Shown: positions 9,101 through 18,400 of the stretch, in pieces
How the letters are laid out: every line of letters starts with the position of its first letter
How positions within the stretch are numbered: position 1 is the first letter of the stretch
Source of the DNA: Verrucomicrobiia bacterium
GTDB taxonomy: Bacteria; Verrucomicrobiota; Verrucomicrobiia; Palsa-1439
Length of the DNA: 64,000 bases
NCBI GenBank assembly: GCA_041495285.1
Contig: JBGQCJ010000007.1
Coordinates: 534-64,533, forward strand
Reading direction: 5' to 3'
Position numbers and translations under genes: made by a program
The notes under the pieces: model-generated
Told to the model about the DNA's origin: nothing
The model's input: the letters and a program-made list of their open reading frames with translations, nothing else
Database searches by the model: none

Positions 9101-11956
9101 GGTACCGCTCGATTGCGCCGGGATCGTTGCCTTCCACCAATCCACGGTGCCGGTATCACTGCCGCCGGCGGCGCTGGTGTGATCGAACTGCAACGCGATG
9201 ACCTGAGTGGTTGTACCGGCTTTCGGCTGGCCGAATGCGCCTTCAGGATTCGTGCCGTCGGTGCTGTAGTAAACCGTGCCGGTATTGATTCCGAATTGGT
9301 AGCCGACCTTAACCCAAACGGTCACTGCATCGCTTGCGGTTGGGTTGAGCGGAACGCGTTGTGTCGCCGGGCCGCCGGTGACGCTGTCGGCCGGGTTGTG
9401 GTAAACCCAATTGGCGGTCTGGCCGTTGTACGCAAGGCCACCGCCGTTACCGGTCGCAATGGAGCTGCCGCCGCCGATGGTGTAGGCGTACGTTTCCGCG
9501 CCGAGCGAGACAACCGTGTCGTTGGCGATATTGGTGGCGGCGAATTTTTCCGGGCCGTTCAGGAATTGAAACTTCGTGTCCTCGTAGCCGAGGAACATGT
9601 CGTAGGTGAAGCCGGGCCGATTGTCGCGTCCGTCCACGAACCCGGTGGCGTTGTTGGTCCAGAGTTTGCCGAGTCCCATCTGGCTGTTGAGGTCGGTGCC
9701 GCCGTCGAGTTTGACGAGGACGTTGGTGGCCGAGCCGTCGGTGCGCACGAGGATGTCGAACAGATTGCTGTTGGTGATGACCGGGATGTCGATGGCGTAA
9801 GTGAGATTCGAGATGTTGCTGCCGATAATGACGTTGCCGTTGATGTCCACGCTGCCGCGCATCTTGAAGGGAAACAGCGGATTGTAGTTCACATCGCCGT
9901 CGGGGCCGGTCGAGCGGCGCACCGTCATGCGCGGGACTTCCACGCCGTTTTGGACGAACGTGATGGCGTTGTTCGACATCACGCCGCTGGCCGGACGGCT
10001 GGCCTGCGGACCTTCGTAGGCGTAAATCAGATAGCTGCCACGCGGGATCTTGAACTCGATCGCGCCGCCACCGGGCGGAACGAACTGTCCGCCGACGTAC
10101 ACGAGACGGTCAACAGGGTTTGAGGCGTTGATGCTGGCCTGTGCGGCGGCTAAGTTTAGCGTTACGTTGCGCACCAGAATCCTCGGGCAAGCGCGCTCTT
10201 TGTAAGGCGAATCGGCCATCTGCACGAGGATCGAACCGGGTGGGTAGCTGACCGCCAAGCCGACGCCGCGACTTGTCGGCGCGCCGTAACACGTGCTCGG
10301 CATACCGGAATCGTTCTGCGCGACGCCGTCGTCAAACGCGACATCGCCGCAGGTGTCGCCGCCGGAACTCGTGCAAAAGTTGTCGTTCATGACGAACAAC
10401 GCGACGTTCTGATCGATTTGGCTTCCGGCCTCGCGGTTGTCACGGCGTTCGAAAGCGACGATGTCGTTATCGCTCCAACGGGCTGTACTCTGGCCACGCG
10501 CGAGTTGATTGTGCAGGTAGGCGATGTCCGGCATCTTGTTGTCGCCGAACTCGCCGAGGTAGGAGGCGTTGGCGTTGCGCGGGAATTCGCCGCCGCATTG
10601 CGTGCAGTTGGCGGATTTGCGCCAGCCGTCGGAGTAGATCACCGGGATGCCTTCGCGCATGAACATGTACGCCAGTTCGATGGGGCGATGGCTTGGGTCG
10701 TAGAAACCGTTGTCATGACTCTGCACGAACATGACGCGGTTGGCCGCGTTGAAGTGCCCGTAGCCGTCATAGCTGCTCTGGTCGACGCCTTGGAGACCCG
10801 CGCTTGGATTTCCAATGAGGTGCGTGAAGCCCTCGAACGTGTTGATGAGCGGAGCGTCCACGAGCCGCATGCCGCGGCTTGTGTACTCGTCGAAGCTCGG
10901 CGGCTCGCCGAGATGTTCGCCGAAGATCAATGCGTCGTTGCGAATCTTCTCCGCATCGAAGCAGCTATCGCGGTTATTGGGAGCGTTGGTGCTGGCGGCG
11001 GTGGACTCGTTGTAGCCGCTGATCGGATTATTGTAACCGTAACCGTGCACCCAGTCGTACATGACTTGGATGGCCCCGGCGTAGCCATTGGGTGTGGCGG
11101 AATCGTCGCCGAAAAAACTGCTGGGCACATGTTTGACGGCGTCCAGCCGCAGGCCGTCGCACCTCGATTCGTTCATGAACCAGATTGCGGCGCGAATGAG
11201 ATAGGCGGCCGTATCCTCGACGACCGGGACGCCGTTGGTGCCGTTAAACGGATGCCACGAGCCGCTGCCGGGATCGATCTGCGGCAGGCTTGTATCCATA
11301 TAATACTCGGGGTTGTTCGGCTGGCGGATGAAGGACAGCTTGGGGCCGGTGCTGGCCAAAGTCGGACCGAAGTTCTCATTGACGTTGACCTCCTGCGCGA
11401 GGTCGCTCAGGTGGGAGAAGTTGATGTGCTGCACATCCCATGTGTTTTGCCAACTACCGCCACCGTCGTTCATGTCCGTCCATTGCCGGTAAAAACCGTC
11501 GGCAGTCGTTCGCAGATGGAAATCTTCTGGCAGCAGACCGGGGTAAACGGTGATCGGCGTGTTTGCATCGTAGCCCGGCACGTCGTAACTCCGGTGGTTC
11601 ATGATGTTGTCGAAATAGACGCGGATGCCGAACCGGTGGGCCATCTGCACCATGCGAATCAACTCGTCCTTCGTGCCGTACCGGGTGGCGATGGTGCCTT
11701 TTTGGTCTTTGTCGCCGAGGTCAAACGGATCGACGAGATCGTAACCGGCGGAGAATTGGCTGTTGGCCTTGGACGGGGGCGGTAGCCAGAGCGCGGTGTA
11801 GCCGGCCTCAGCAAGCTCCGGCATTTTCTGGCTGATTTCGTTCCAACTTTGGTTGAAGAGCTGGAGTACAGCCTCACCCCGGGCTTGCGCCAGGTACGCA
11901 AGCCCGAACGTGAGGCCGGCAAGAGCCTTCCGCATGCTCGCTTTACACAATTGCAC
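3200..11956 (-). CDS. giant (2918 aa) secreted multidomain alpha-glucan hydrolase: N-terminal GH13 catalytic domain, internal GH57-like region, Asp-rich TSP3-like repeats, shared C-terminal domain
   Basis: Largest ORF in the window. The likely start is GTG at 11956, preceded by AAGGTGAAGGGGAG. Signal-peptide-like N-terminus (MRKALAGLTFGLAYLAQA). GH13 regions I-IV are present: FDNIMNH, GLRLDAVKH, FGEHLG, FVQSHDN. An internal segment is paralogous to the 12059..15493 protein (WNEEFQDW...AFYARDGGADGKYYFRVDF; LNLHLSGSLISALQWA; YLAERV), interpreted as a beta-sandwich domain plus GH57-like region. Repeated DxDxDGxxDxxE motifs: NPDTDGDGLPDGWE, DPDGDGFTNLQEF, DPDGDGMTNMQEY. The C-terminus ends ...TSYTDSSVAGTRKYYKVKVLP*, matching the family tail. 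Confidence 0.85.
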   Translation of the reverse strand: MQLCKASMRKALAGLTFGLAYLAQARGEAVLQLFNQSWNEISQKMPELAEAGYTALWLPPPSKANSQFSAGYDLVDPFDLGDKDQKGTIATRYGTKDELIRMVQMAHRFGIRVYFDNIMNHRSYDVPGYDANTPITVYPGLLPEDFHLRTTADGFYRQWTDMNDGGGSWQNTWDVQHINFSHLSDLAQEVNVNENFGPTLASTGPKLSFIRQPNNPEYYMDTSLPQIDPGSGSWHPFNGTNGVPVVEDTAAYLIRAAIWFMNESRCDGLRLDAVKHVPSSFFGDDSATPNGYAGAIQVMYDWVHGYGYNNPISGYNESTAASTNAPNNRDSCFDAEKIRNDALIFGEHLGEPPSFDEYTSRGMRLVDAPLINTFEGFTHLIGNPSAGLQGVDQSSYDGYGHFNAANRVMFVQSHDNGFYDPSHRPIELAYMFMREGIPVIYSDGWRKSANCTQCGGEFPRNANASYLGEFGDNKMPDIAYLHNQLARGQSTARWSDNDIVAFERRDNREAGSQIDQNVALFVMNDNFCTSSGGDTCGDVAFDDGVAQNDSGMPSTCYGAPTSRGVGLAVSYPPGSILVQMADSPYKERACPRILVRNVTLNLAAAQASINASNPVDRLVYVGGQFVPPGGGAIEFKIPRGSYLIYAYEGPQASRPASGVMSNNAITFVQNGVEVPRMTVRRSTGPDGDVNYNPLFPFKMRGSVDINGNVIIGSNISNLTYAIDIPVITNSNLFDILVRTDGSATNVLVKLDGGTDLNSQMGLGKLWTNNATGFVDGRDNRPGFTYDMFLGYEDTKFQFLNGPEKFAATNIANDTVVSLGAETYAYTIGGGSSIATGNGGGLAYNGQTANWVYHNPADSVTGGPATQRVPLNPTASDAVTVWVKVGYQFGINTGTVYYSTDGTNPEGAFGQPKAGTTTQVIALQFDHTSAAGGSDTGTVDWWKATIPAQSSGTVKYKIALFKRGASTISNSDQSKYYALRQAAITNFNPQSVRVWLHDDLNTNSTTVGLEPGFHIVRARAFLPRDGKSSVFNTFLQTFYYDPSLPDGAIAFPAAGETAFFSKSYGIVVRADPNVTEVEYNIIDGEAGNDNPAFGNGLTNGLPAFAKATEVSPLPSLSGLYPNFPREYRFSYLGIPSTGSATIKIRLKGLTSAAFTNRVKEITRTIDCSAPALVFEVRCPDLDCFNNDRRNISLDQNSTYTIVTCFDGSLDSNIDKFTIKIDGSVQARRKPDGTPLYYINDAACGSGTHALRYDWGGMSAGPHHIELFYDDTGSNTHLQDSSDVNVTLTGISVDIIQPPNADAQGRSPYTITLPDKTNAVPAERSYTIVTETSTSVTNVLISFNITTNAFAGGVASNDTTFVGTTKRWNFPWTNLFQGTFTIRADALGGGSNTAFRIVNVVFNQTVPTDPNSDDDDNDGLSDSAETTQTPLPGTEAQSWSNGQVHAYFFTGKTDPTNPDSDNDGLPDALELGLEGSIATNTDLNADTNGDGYKNFIADADPPRYNTKPDNGQFSNSNPPPGYSYWNYDENAPRTDLVAGTVTDPNSPDTDFDGLMDGIEDANRNGRMDVGLTNAAGVVTNVIAHPPTVKGSSRYDRTTIISQFPNAVWLETDPSNNDTDGDGALDGAEDANHNGRVDIGLINGSGVITGYVANPPTINFTGMKSRAIDRDALRTQYPNAVWLETDPLNPDTDGDGLPDGWEAAHGLDPWDDGIIGHTNMHTGAIITNTTNGANGDPDGDGFTNLQEFNNRTDPQVRDDIPPPVANSINIGAGPVIGTTGGVTWNEEFQDWTVDDLKALDEYDGAGSLKRGRDVYPWNDGYDWSRDILAFYARDGGADGKYYFRVDFHDLQYQAEQGHLDIYVIISFGIPGDPATANITIPDEVDTKTEMGWKVVVAAYDANNGHVYVKRQSVDTTLDAYQTRGYTPGCTTGDCGFLGSYYRSDLDACEIAISRKALTDAGWNGSSPLYFQVATTRDGTCNSCVSGGPGAGDTPKSGSDFTDTIYDDDIPESDTPTPPNDTLHYWFTTVNQNPINLSAYNANNNIVSVTNRPNVVKLAVLLHGNQSILPASIIQGLVSNAVSRTPTNIVGSLDPGDNPTGYYRALESAQVFKLSLNLHLSGSLISALQWAKSDPSLDPTGSRDGPKFNQRIASMVASGQVALVSGMFADHVAPCFTGSVNRAGIQLQDDIMRTVYGNNSVNANSPVYLAERVADGKTLSDLAANSGHNFTILDQMVHLWWWGEQLYGTFNGRGAALSDDGYRINKFNNMRAFLISGASDQMYLNNDLGASIALRELLIRKALSGNRDQIVVLGDNWETAGGVDGTKRNPDTFNLNLRWIANHPWIKVVTLDKFAAGQVDINNDGTINGPGGDIPTVIDRGSANFNMQSKDFVRHASETNYDNWYYGSAQEESFFNKFPILRPNVTNATWKLGHVLTNGTILASAWANVQAASGTLSNLAKLVYLNGIFETAFHNEDNGGYDRFSTGQYKSPDASFDSLAQFALKPAARATRQASIVAHAAAWAASNPSTSPVADGTQDVDHDGENEYILSNNRIYAVFERIGGRLIAAFARDTVTSNAYQIVGNLVSTPEFEDEREGDVSFSGSTVVAYRTSAFKDWFAVTNTPSGFGTTQYVNDLYTASPAPTGTGWQFTSSDGKIVKTITLGTDSTKLEAGYTLASPVQQLKVRHGLSPDLLNLLFFGQTSLQGPATAGGKVTVINSNSLAVATASIGYSDAGHSNVNYNAGATDDGSGNIFAINMRNQAQTQQIELQGTSQVFSLALELSAVRSYDPNGDDDGDGLPNQWEIDHGLNPNDPTGANGANGDPDGDGMTNMQEYIAGTHPKDSSSYFHIISIAPSGGGYLITWTSAAGKSYNVYATTDLAAGFGATPLNGSPIPSAGATTSYTDSSVAGTRKYYKVKVLP

Positions 11957-12058
11957 TTCTCCCCTTCACCTTTAGACCCATCGTCAGCACTTCGCGCTCC
12001 AAAATAGCATCTTCACGCCACTTTGTCGAACCGCGTGGCGGCTGCTTCCCTATGTTTT

Positions 12059-15000
12059 TCAAGGGGTTGGAACAATTCCGACCCGGTAGTACCGGTGCGC
12101 GAGACCGAACGTGCCGGTCATAGAATTGGTGCTGGAGGTCGTCGCCAGAATACTGTCCGGCACGAGTAATTGCCACGAGTTGCTGGAATCGTCTTTGAAA
12201 TACACTTGGTATCGTTTGGTCGGCACGCAGCTCCAAGCAATCGAGAGTCCTCCGCCGGCCACCGGCGTGATACTCGTGATCTTGAAAACCGAATTCGCGT
12301 CCTTGGGATTCGTGCCGGCAAGGGATTCCTGCAAATTCGTCATACCGTCGCCATCGTCGTCGGCATTCGGGTCGCCGCCGGTTGCGGTGCCCCAATACTG
12401 ATACTCGAATCCATCCGGCATTCCGTCGCCGTCGATGTCCGGGTTCTCCGGCTGCGGATCCAACACGTTGGCCAAACCATCACCATCGATGTCGTTTGCG
12501 CTGGCAGGACTGAACGCCAGCCACGTCGTGAAATTGGTCGCGCCGCCGGAGTTAAACACTTCGACCTGCTCGACCAACGGCAAGCCGCGGTTCTGGTAAC
12601 CGGCTTGGTCGAGATTGCTGACGATGTTGAGCGTGTTGTTGGTGCCGCGTACGGCGTAGGCCGCACCGCCAACTTTGTTCGTGAGGCCGTAGAAGTACAA
12701 TGAATCGGTGTGGACAATGAGATTGGTGTCGCCGTGGTGCAACAAGTCCAGTTGATTTGGGCCAAGACCGTGGCGGATGTAGAGATTGCCAACGCCGGTG
12801 CCGAGCGTGTATTGCGCCTGCACCGCATCGCGACCGCTCGGCAAAGTAACCCGTTTGCGGATCTGGCCGTCGTTGGAAACGAATTCCCAGAAGTTCGAGC
12901 CTTGCACGGGCGAAGTGGGTGCCGCGTAATCCATGTCCACATAGCGATTGTCGCCGGGCGTGCTGGCGTACCGGTCCTTGAAAGCCGAACAACGGAGATT
13001 GTCGGCCTCTTCGGCATCGGTTTCCTCGGCGGGGTTGGCCACCGGTGCGCCGATGACTTGGTAAGCGTCTTGAGTTGCCGGGTCGTACACGAATGCGTAG
13101 ATGAGCCGCGCGCCCCAACGTTTGAAGCAAAGATAAACCTTGTTGTTCTTGAGCACGTACGAATTCCACACGTCGTCGTCGAGATTCGCGGCGACAGCAA
13201 CGGTGGTCGAACCTTGCACGCCGTTCTTTACGTCCTGCACCCACTGCGCGGCGTCCGCGAGGATGCCGAGCGTGCGCACGTGACCATGCAGCCGCAGCGC
13301 CCAGCCGGAAGTGTTGTCGTAGGTTGTGTCGGCTTGCGAGAACGTGCAGCCGTCGTTCACGTCGAAGTTCACCTGATAGTTGCGCGACTTGTAGTTGTCG
13401 GGGTTGGCGTCTTCGTCGTGCCACGCGGTCTCGTAAATCATCGCGGAGTACGCCCACTCGGCCAGCGTTTTGAGATTACCGGCGGGCATCCCGGCCACCT
13501 TGTCCCACGAGTCGCGAATCAAAGTGCCCGGTGTGTTCATGTCGCCGTAGACTTTCGCAGTCTGGACAACGCCGCTCGGGTCGACGCGGGGATGACGTTG
13601 AGAGAAATTCTCCTCCTGACCGGAGCCGTAGTACCAATGGTCGTAATCCTGTTCCGAGGCGCGTTTGAGCCACTCGTAGGTCTGCATGCTCAAGTTGGTC
13701 TGTGTGCCGTGATCCTCGTAAATCCAGCTCGGATCGCTCTGCGCCCACGTGACGACGTCTTTGAGATTCACGACCTGAATCCATTGGTGGTTGGCGGCCC
13801 AGCGAATCGTCTGATGCCATTGGTCGGCGTTGTTGTTCGGGGTGGGCGAGGCGAACGAATTGCCGGCGTACGCTTCCCAATCGTCAAACACCACGGTGAT
13901 TTGCGAGGGATCGGACGACAGAGCCTTATCGAGCAGCGTGTAGCGTGTGTCGTTCTGCATGCCGCCGTCATTGGGCCCGAATTTTTCCTGATCTTCCCGG
14001 TCGTTGATGAAGAAGCACAGGACGCCATTGATCTTGTGTAGCTTGTGATGGTAAGCGCGGTCGTTGCAGCCGCCGAAGCCGGCCCAGCGCTCGTTGCCGG
14101 TGGCGCAGCAATTGTTGAAAAAGTTCGTCTCGTCCGAATAGAACCACCAGTGCAGGTGCGAGACCTCGTCAAGGTAAGTGGCTGTGTAGCCACCGGCCTT
14201 GATGTCCTCGATCGGCTTGCCCTTGAGCGGGCCGTTTGGATTGGCGTGTGCCCAGCCGGTATCCGAGTGAATGACGCGCTCGGGCACGTGCATGACCTTC
14301 ATGTCGTTGGTGGTCAGCCCGAACACTGATTGTGCCAAGTCGTTGAACGCCGCGATCGAGCGCTGGTTCACATCGCCTTCGAAGTACGGCATGATGTGCT
14401 CGGCGTAGGTGCCACCGATGAGCGAGCCGGTACCGCTGTTGATGAAATTCTTGAGTCGCTGCAAAAAAGTCGGGCCATCGCGTTCGCCGAACGCGTAGTT
14501 CGGGTCGCTCGGGTCCTGCCGGGCCCACAAGAGCGAACTGATGAGCGAGCCGCTCAAGTGCATGTTCAGCGGGACATGGAGCATCTCATGTGTGTCGATG
14601 GTGCGGATGAAACCGGGATACAAATTCAAATCCGACCGCTTGGTGTAGATGTGCCCCTGCGTCTGCGCGCGTGTGCCAAGTGATTGATTCGCATGGGCAA
14701 TCGCCGCGTACTTCGCGCGATTGACGGTCGCGGTGGACGAAATCGACCCGTAGAGACGGCCAGTGCCGCCGCCCAAATCGCGTACGAGTCCGCCGCAGCC
14801 CGGGCAGACGATGGCGTCCACGATGTCGCTGCCGGGGATCTCGCCGGGGCCGCCGTTGGTGCCGTCGCGCGCCGTGAACACCTGGAAATGCAGCGGGCTA
14901 ACACCATCCCAGCCCGCATTGATCAGCACGGAGCGTTTGATGCCAAATTCCATGCTGTCCAAATCGCTGCGCCAGTAGGAAATGCCGCCGTTCTGGGACG

Positions 15001-15493
15001 CCACGAAGTTGTTGGTCACGCCACTGCCATTCCAGTTCGTGTCGTAGATTGAGCCGTGGTTGGTGTCGTACACGGCCACGCAAATCCGCCACGGGTTGTC
15101 GGTCTGCGTGTCGGTGAAATCTGGGAACCAAACCTGTCCGTTAGCATCGCCGGGTTGAGTGGCAATGGCCACGTACACGTCGACGCCACCGTTTTCCGCG
15201 CCAAGGAGCAAGTCGAAGAAGTCCACGCGAAAGTAGTAGTTGCCGTCGGCGCCGCCGTCGTGCGCGTAGAACGCGATGAGGTCGCAGCCGGGATCGTTCG
15301 CGTCGTTGAACTTATACTCGTCGTTATTGACGTCGAGGGCGCGCACATCGCTGGCCGACCAGTCTTGAAATTCCTCGTACCACGTCGTGCCGCGCTTGTC
15401 GGTGCCGATGGCCGGGCCCGGGCCGATGGTGATCGCGCGGGTGTTCAGCGCGCAAGCCAACGTGAGGGCGGCGAATACTGCCGGGCGAATCAC
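12059..15493 (-). CDS. secreted GH57-like glycoside hydrolase (about 1144 aa) with TSP3-like repeats and the shared C-terminal domain
   Basis: ORF 12059..15607. I place the start at GTG 15493, giving a good signal peptide MIRPAVFAALTLACALNTRA and removing a 111-nt overlap with the upstream gene, whose stop TAA ends at 15496. The N-terminal region is paralogous to the internal region of the 2918-aa protein. GH57-like motifs: MHLSGSLISSLLWA, HVPERV (WxPE-like), FDDWEAY. DIDGDGMPDGFE and DDDGDGMTNLQES repeats are present. The C-terminus ends ...TGTFGLAHRYYRVGIVPTP*. Confidence 0.8.
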   Translation of the reverse strand: MIRPAVFAALTLACALNTRAITIGPGPAIGTDKRGTTWYEEFQDWSASDVRALDVNNDEYKFNDANDPGCDLIAFYAHDGGADGNYYFRVDFFDLLLGAENGGVDVYVAIATQPGDANGQVWFPDFTDTQTDNPWRICVAVYDTNHGSIYDTNWNGSGVTNNFVASQNGGISYWRSDLDSMEFGIKRSVLINAGWDGVSPLHFQVFTARDGTNGGPGEIPGSDIVDAIVCPGCGGLVRDLGGGTGRLYGSISSTATVNRAKYAAIAHANQSLGTRAQTQGHIYTKRSDLNLYPGFIRTIDTHEMLHVPLNMHLSGSLISSLLWARQDPSDPNYAFGERDGPTFLQRLKNFINSGTGSLIGGTYAEHIMPYFEGDVNQRSIAAFNDLAQSVFGLTTNDMKVMHVPERVIHSDTGWAHANPNGPLKGKPIEDIKAGGYTATYLDEVSHLHWWFYSDETNFFNNCCATGNERWAGFGGCNDRAYHHKLHKINGVLCFFINDREDQEKFGPNDGGMQNDTRYTLLDKALSSDPSQITVVFDDWEAYAGNSFASPTPNNNADQWHQTIRWAANHQWIQVVNLKDVVTWAQSDPSWIYEDHGTQTNLSMQTYEWLKRASEQDYDHWYYGSGQEENFSQRHPRVDPSGVVQTAKVYGDMNTPGTLIRDSWDKVAGMPAGNLKTLAEWAYSAMIYETAWHDEDANPDNYKSRNYQVNFDVNDGCTFSQADTTYDNTSGWALRLHGHVRTLGILADAAQWVQDVKNGVQGSTTVAVAANLDDDVWNSYVLKNNKVYLCFKRWGARLIYAFVYDPATQDAYQVIGAPVANPAEETDAEEADNLRCSAFKDRYASTPGDNRYVDMDYAAPTSPVQGSNFWEFVSNDGQIRKRVTLPSGRDAVQAQYTLGTGVGNLYIRHGLGPNQLDLLHHGDTNLIVHTDSLYFYGLTNKVGGAAYAVRGTNNTLNIVSNLDQAGYQNRGLPLVEQVEVFNSGGATNFTTWLAFSPASANDIDGDGLANVLDPQPENPDIDGDGMPDGFEYQYWGTATGGDPNADDDGDGMTNLQESLAGTNPKDANSVFKITSITPVAGGGLSIAWSCVPTKRYQVYFKDDSSNSWQLLVPDSILATTSSTNSMTGTFGLAHRYYRVGIVPTP

Positions 15494-15495
15494 TT

Positions 15496-18400
15496 TTATG
15501 GGTTCACGCACCTGATCTTGTAGAACCGTTGCGTCCCGGCTGTGTTGTCGGTATGGGACAGGGTGATTTCGCCGGTTTGCGCGGTTTTCTGGATGAGAGA
15601 TTGCCAACCGCCGCCGAGCGAGTCGCAGTACATCACATCATAAGTCTTCCCTGGAACAGATGCCCACGTGATGGTGAACCCGCCGGCGACGGCTGGTTGA
15701 ATCTTCTGAATGACGAAATCTTTCGACGGTTCAAGACGATCGTAGATGCCATTGCCGTCGTTGTCGGTAATGGCAGGGATTGACAGCATGAGAAACTCGT
15801 TGCTTTCGATGTTGCCGTTGCCGTTACCTGCCGGCGCCTGGGCGACTAACGCGCCGTTTGGTGGAGAGTTCGTTGTGTTGTAAGCGGCGGCACAGACGTA
15901 GATGTTCGAGGGCATCGATCCGAACGCTTGGGCGAGATTAATTGTGCCTTCCATATAGCCGGCGTTGGTGGGCGCTTTGGCGAATTGGTTGGATGCGGTC
16001 ACGGCTGAGCCATCGAGGTTCTGCCAGCCGACGTAACCGTTATTGCTCTCACCACTCAGGAATGGCTTGGGACCGCTCGCGGCCATCGTGCCGGCCTTCG
16101 ACCACGTCGGAAACGCCGGTGACATCGGCGAGAGTTGGTCGGTGACGACAATGAAGTGATCGTTCTTGGTGGTGTCTCCGGGATAAATACCGGGCGACCA
16201 AGTGGCGACGTAAAGCATCTGACCGCGCACGGCGGCGTAGATCGTCATGCCGGGATTGCTCTGCAGATAATTCGTCGAATCGACGCTGTTGCCGTCGATG
16301 ACGAACGGCGGACTGAAATTCGGCGGCGGGGGATTGAACGTCGTGGCGCACGCGGACGGGGATGATTCGGCGGAGCTGTCGATGCTGTTCGTGGCGATGA
16401 TGGTGTAGCAGAATTGTGTGCTGGCCGGCAGCCCGATGTCGGAGTACGTGGTGGCCGAGGTCGTCGCGATCTGCGAGCCGGCACGTTTGACGATGTAACC
16501 GGTCGCGCCGCTCGACGCCGTCCACGAGACATTGATCTGGTTTGTCGCCGCGCCGGTCGCCGTGACGTTTTGTGGAGTGCCCGGCGTCGTCGGCGAACCG
16601 CTGGGGCCAACGAAAACATGTTGAATGGGCGAGTTGTAGGTGTTACCGCGGCTGTCGGTGGCACTGACGTAGTAGTCGACGTAGCCGCCCGTCAAGCCGG
16701 TCACTTTCGAGTAGTAGTAGTCCGCGATGTATTGCGGCGTGGAGCTGATGGCGGGCGCGACGGAGCGCTGGGTCATCGCCTGGCGAATCCAGGGCCCGGT
16801 GTTCGGCCCATCGGCGTAAACCTTGAACTGGTCTTGTGTTGGAGCGTAGGAGCCGTTGGAGCGATAGAGGAGGCTGACGTTCGTGATACCGGAAGCGTCG
16901 TAGGCGTATGTCCAAACCCAGAAATCGTTGTTGGCCGGCACGGTGACGTGGTAGCTGTACTGCGCGCCGAAGTTCGTCGTGCCGGGATTCCACGGATGCC
17001 GCTGCGGGATGAACAACGTCGGCGGCGTGTTGTCGAGCGAGGGGTTGCCGGTAACGATGGAGTTCACATTGCGCACGGCGTTGGATTGCGAAACGACGCA
17101 GCGGGCGCACTCGTCGCCGCCGCATCCGAAATATACAAACCCGCTGTCGAGTCCGCCGAGGTAGTAGTGCCAGCCGAGTTCGACCGCGCTCGGTGTCTGG
17201 CTGAAACTTCCCGGATCGCGAATCTGATCAATGCGATTAGTGTAGCCGGTGAGCGTGTTCTGGATTTGCTGCGCGGTCTTGACGCGATTCTCGGTCGCGA
17301 GTTGAACGCGTATCACGTCGGCCTTGCTGCTGGTGCCGACGCTGGGGTCGACGACGTTGACGCTGTTGGAGGTGATGCTCGGCGGCCAGTGCCAGCCGGT
17401 AAACAATGGCGAGCCGAAGTCGCCTCCCGCTTGATTGTTTACCCAGCCACCGTCTTCGACGTGAACGACGTCGTTGGAGTTCGGCGGCCAGTCATTAATG
17501 AATTGCTCGACGGTGGTCGGTTCGTAGCCGGCGGAGTTGGCCTGACCGGCAATGCTGTTGACCTGACTCATGTAATAGGTGAAGCCGCCGCTGAACGCGT
17601 TGTCGCCATCGTGCGCGAGGTAGACGAGGGCGGGCTTGGCAGGATCATTGTGCGCGCTCAGCGTGCCGAGGCTACTGATGTTCCAGGATTGTTCGCTGTC
17701 GAGATAACCGAGCGCCTGTTCGCTGGGAACGAGCATCAACATCGAAGCGGCGCCTGTGGACGGATTCACATACCGGCCGTAGTGCAACTGGTAGGCGAAC
17801 GGCAACGCGGCGGCCGGTTGACAACCGAGATTGTTGACGGAGACGCGTTGGTAGTTGCCGGCGCCTTGCGCTGGATTGATCTGGTCAGCCTTGTTCGGCA
17901 CATCGCAGTTGTCGCCGCTGAACGAGACCGGGTAATCGGAACAGGAGCGGGTCAAGTGAGTGTTGCCGACGACCGACCATTCAATACCGGCTTGTTTCAG
18001 GATCGGAATCATCCGCTCGGTGAAACAGGTCTCGGAAGGAAAATAGCCGCGCGACACCGCTGGACTCGTCGTCCAGAAAATCTCCATCTGTCGGCGGTGA
18101 ATCAGCAACTCCATCAGCAGCGTCTCGTCACTAATCAACGGAGCAAGCGAGTGATGGTAGTTGAAGTTCACGAGATCCATCCGGGGCTGGCTGCCGCTGG
18201 TCGTCCAATTGCGGGCTTGGATGTTCGAGTTGTTCCAGCCCGCGTTGTAACAACCCGAGCCGCCGCAGACGTTATGGCCGACGAGGCTCTGAACATTTTC
18301 AATCAGCGCGCCTGAGTAGCTGACTTGCGCACCGGCGTTGACAAAGTTGGTGACTGTACTGACGGAATCTCGTGGCCGGTATTGATAGGCCGCGATGCGG

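Noticed and set aside
12710-14041. 443-aa plus-strand ORF, and 16414..18315 (633 aa) plus-strand ORF
   Set aside because: Both are antisense to the GH57-like genes. The same GC-driven artefact applies: no start context, no domains.
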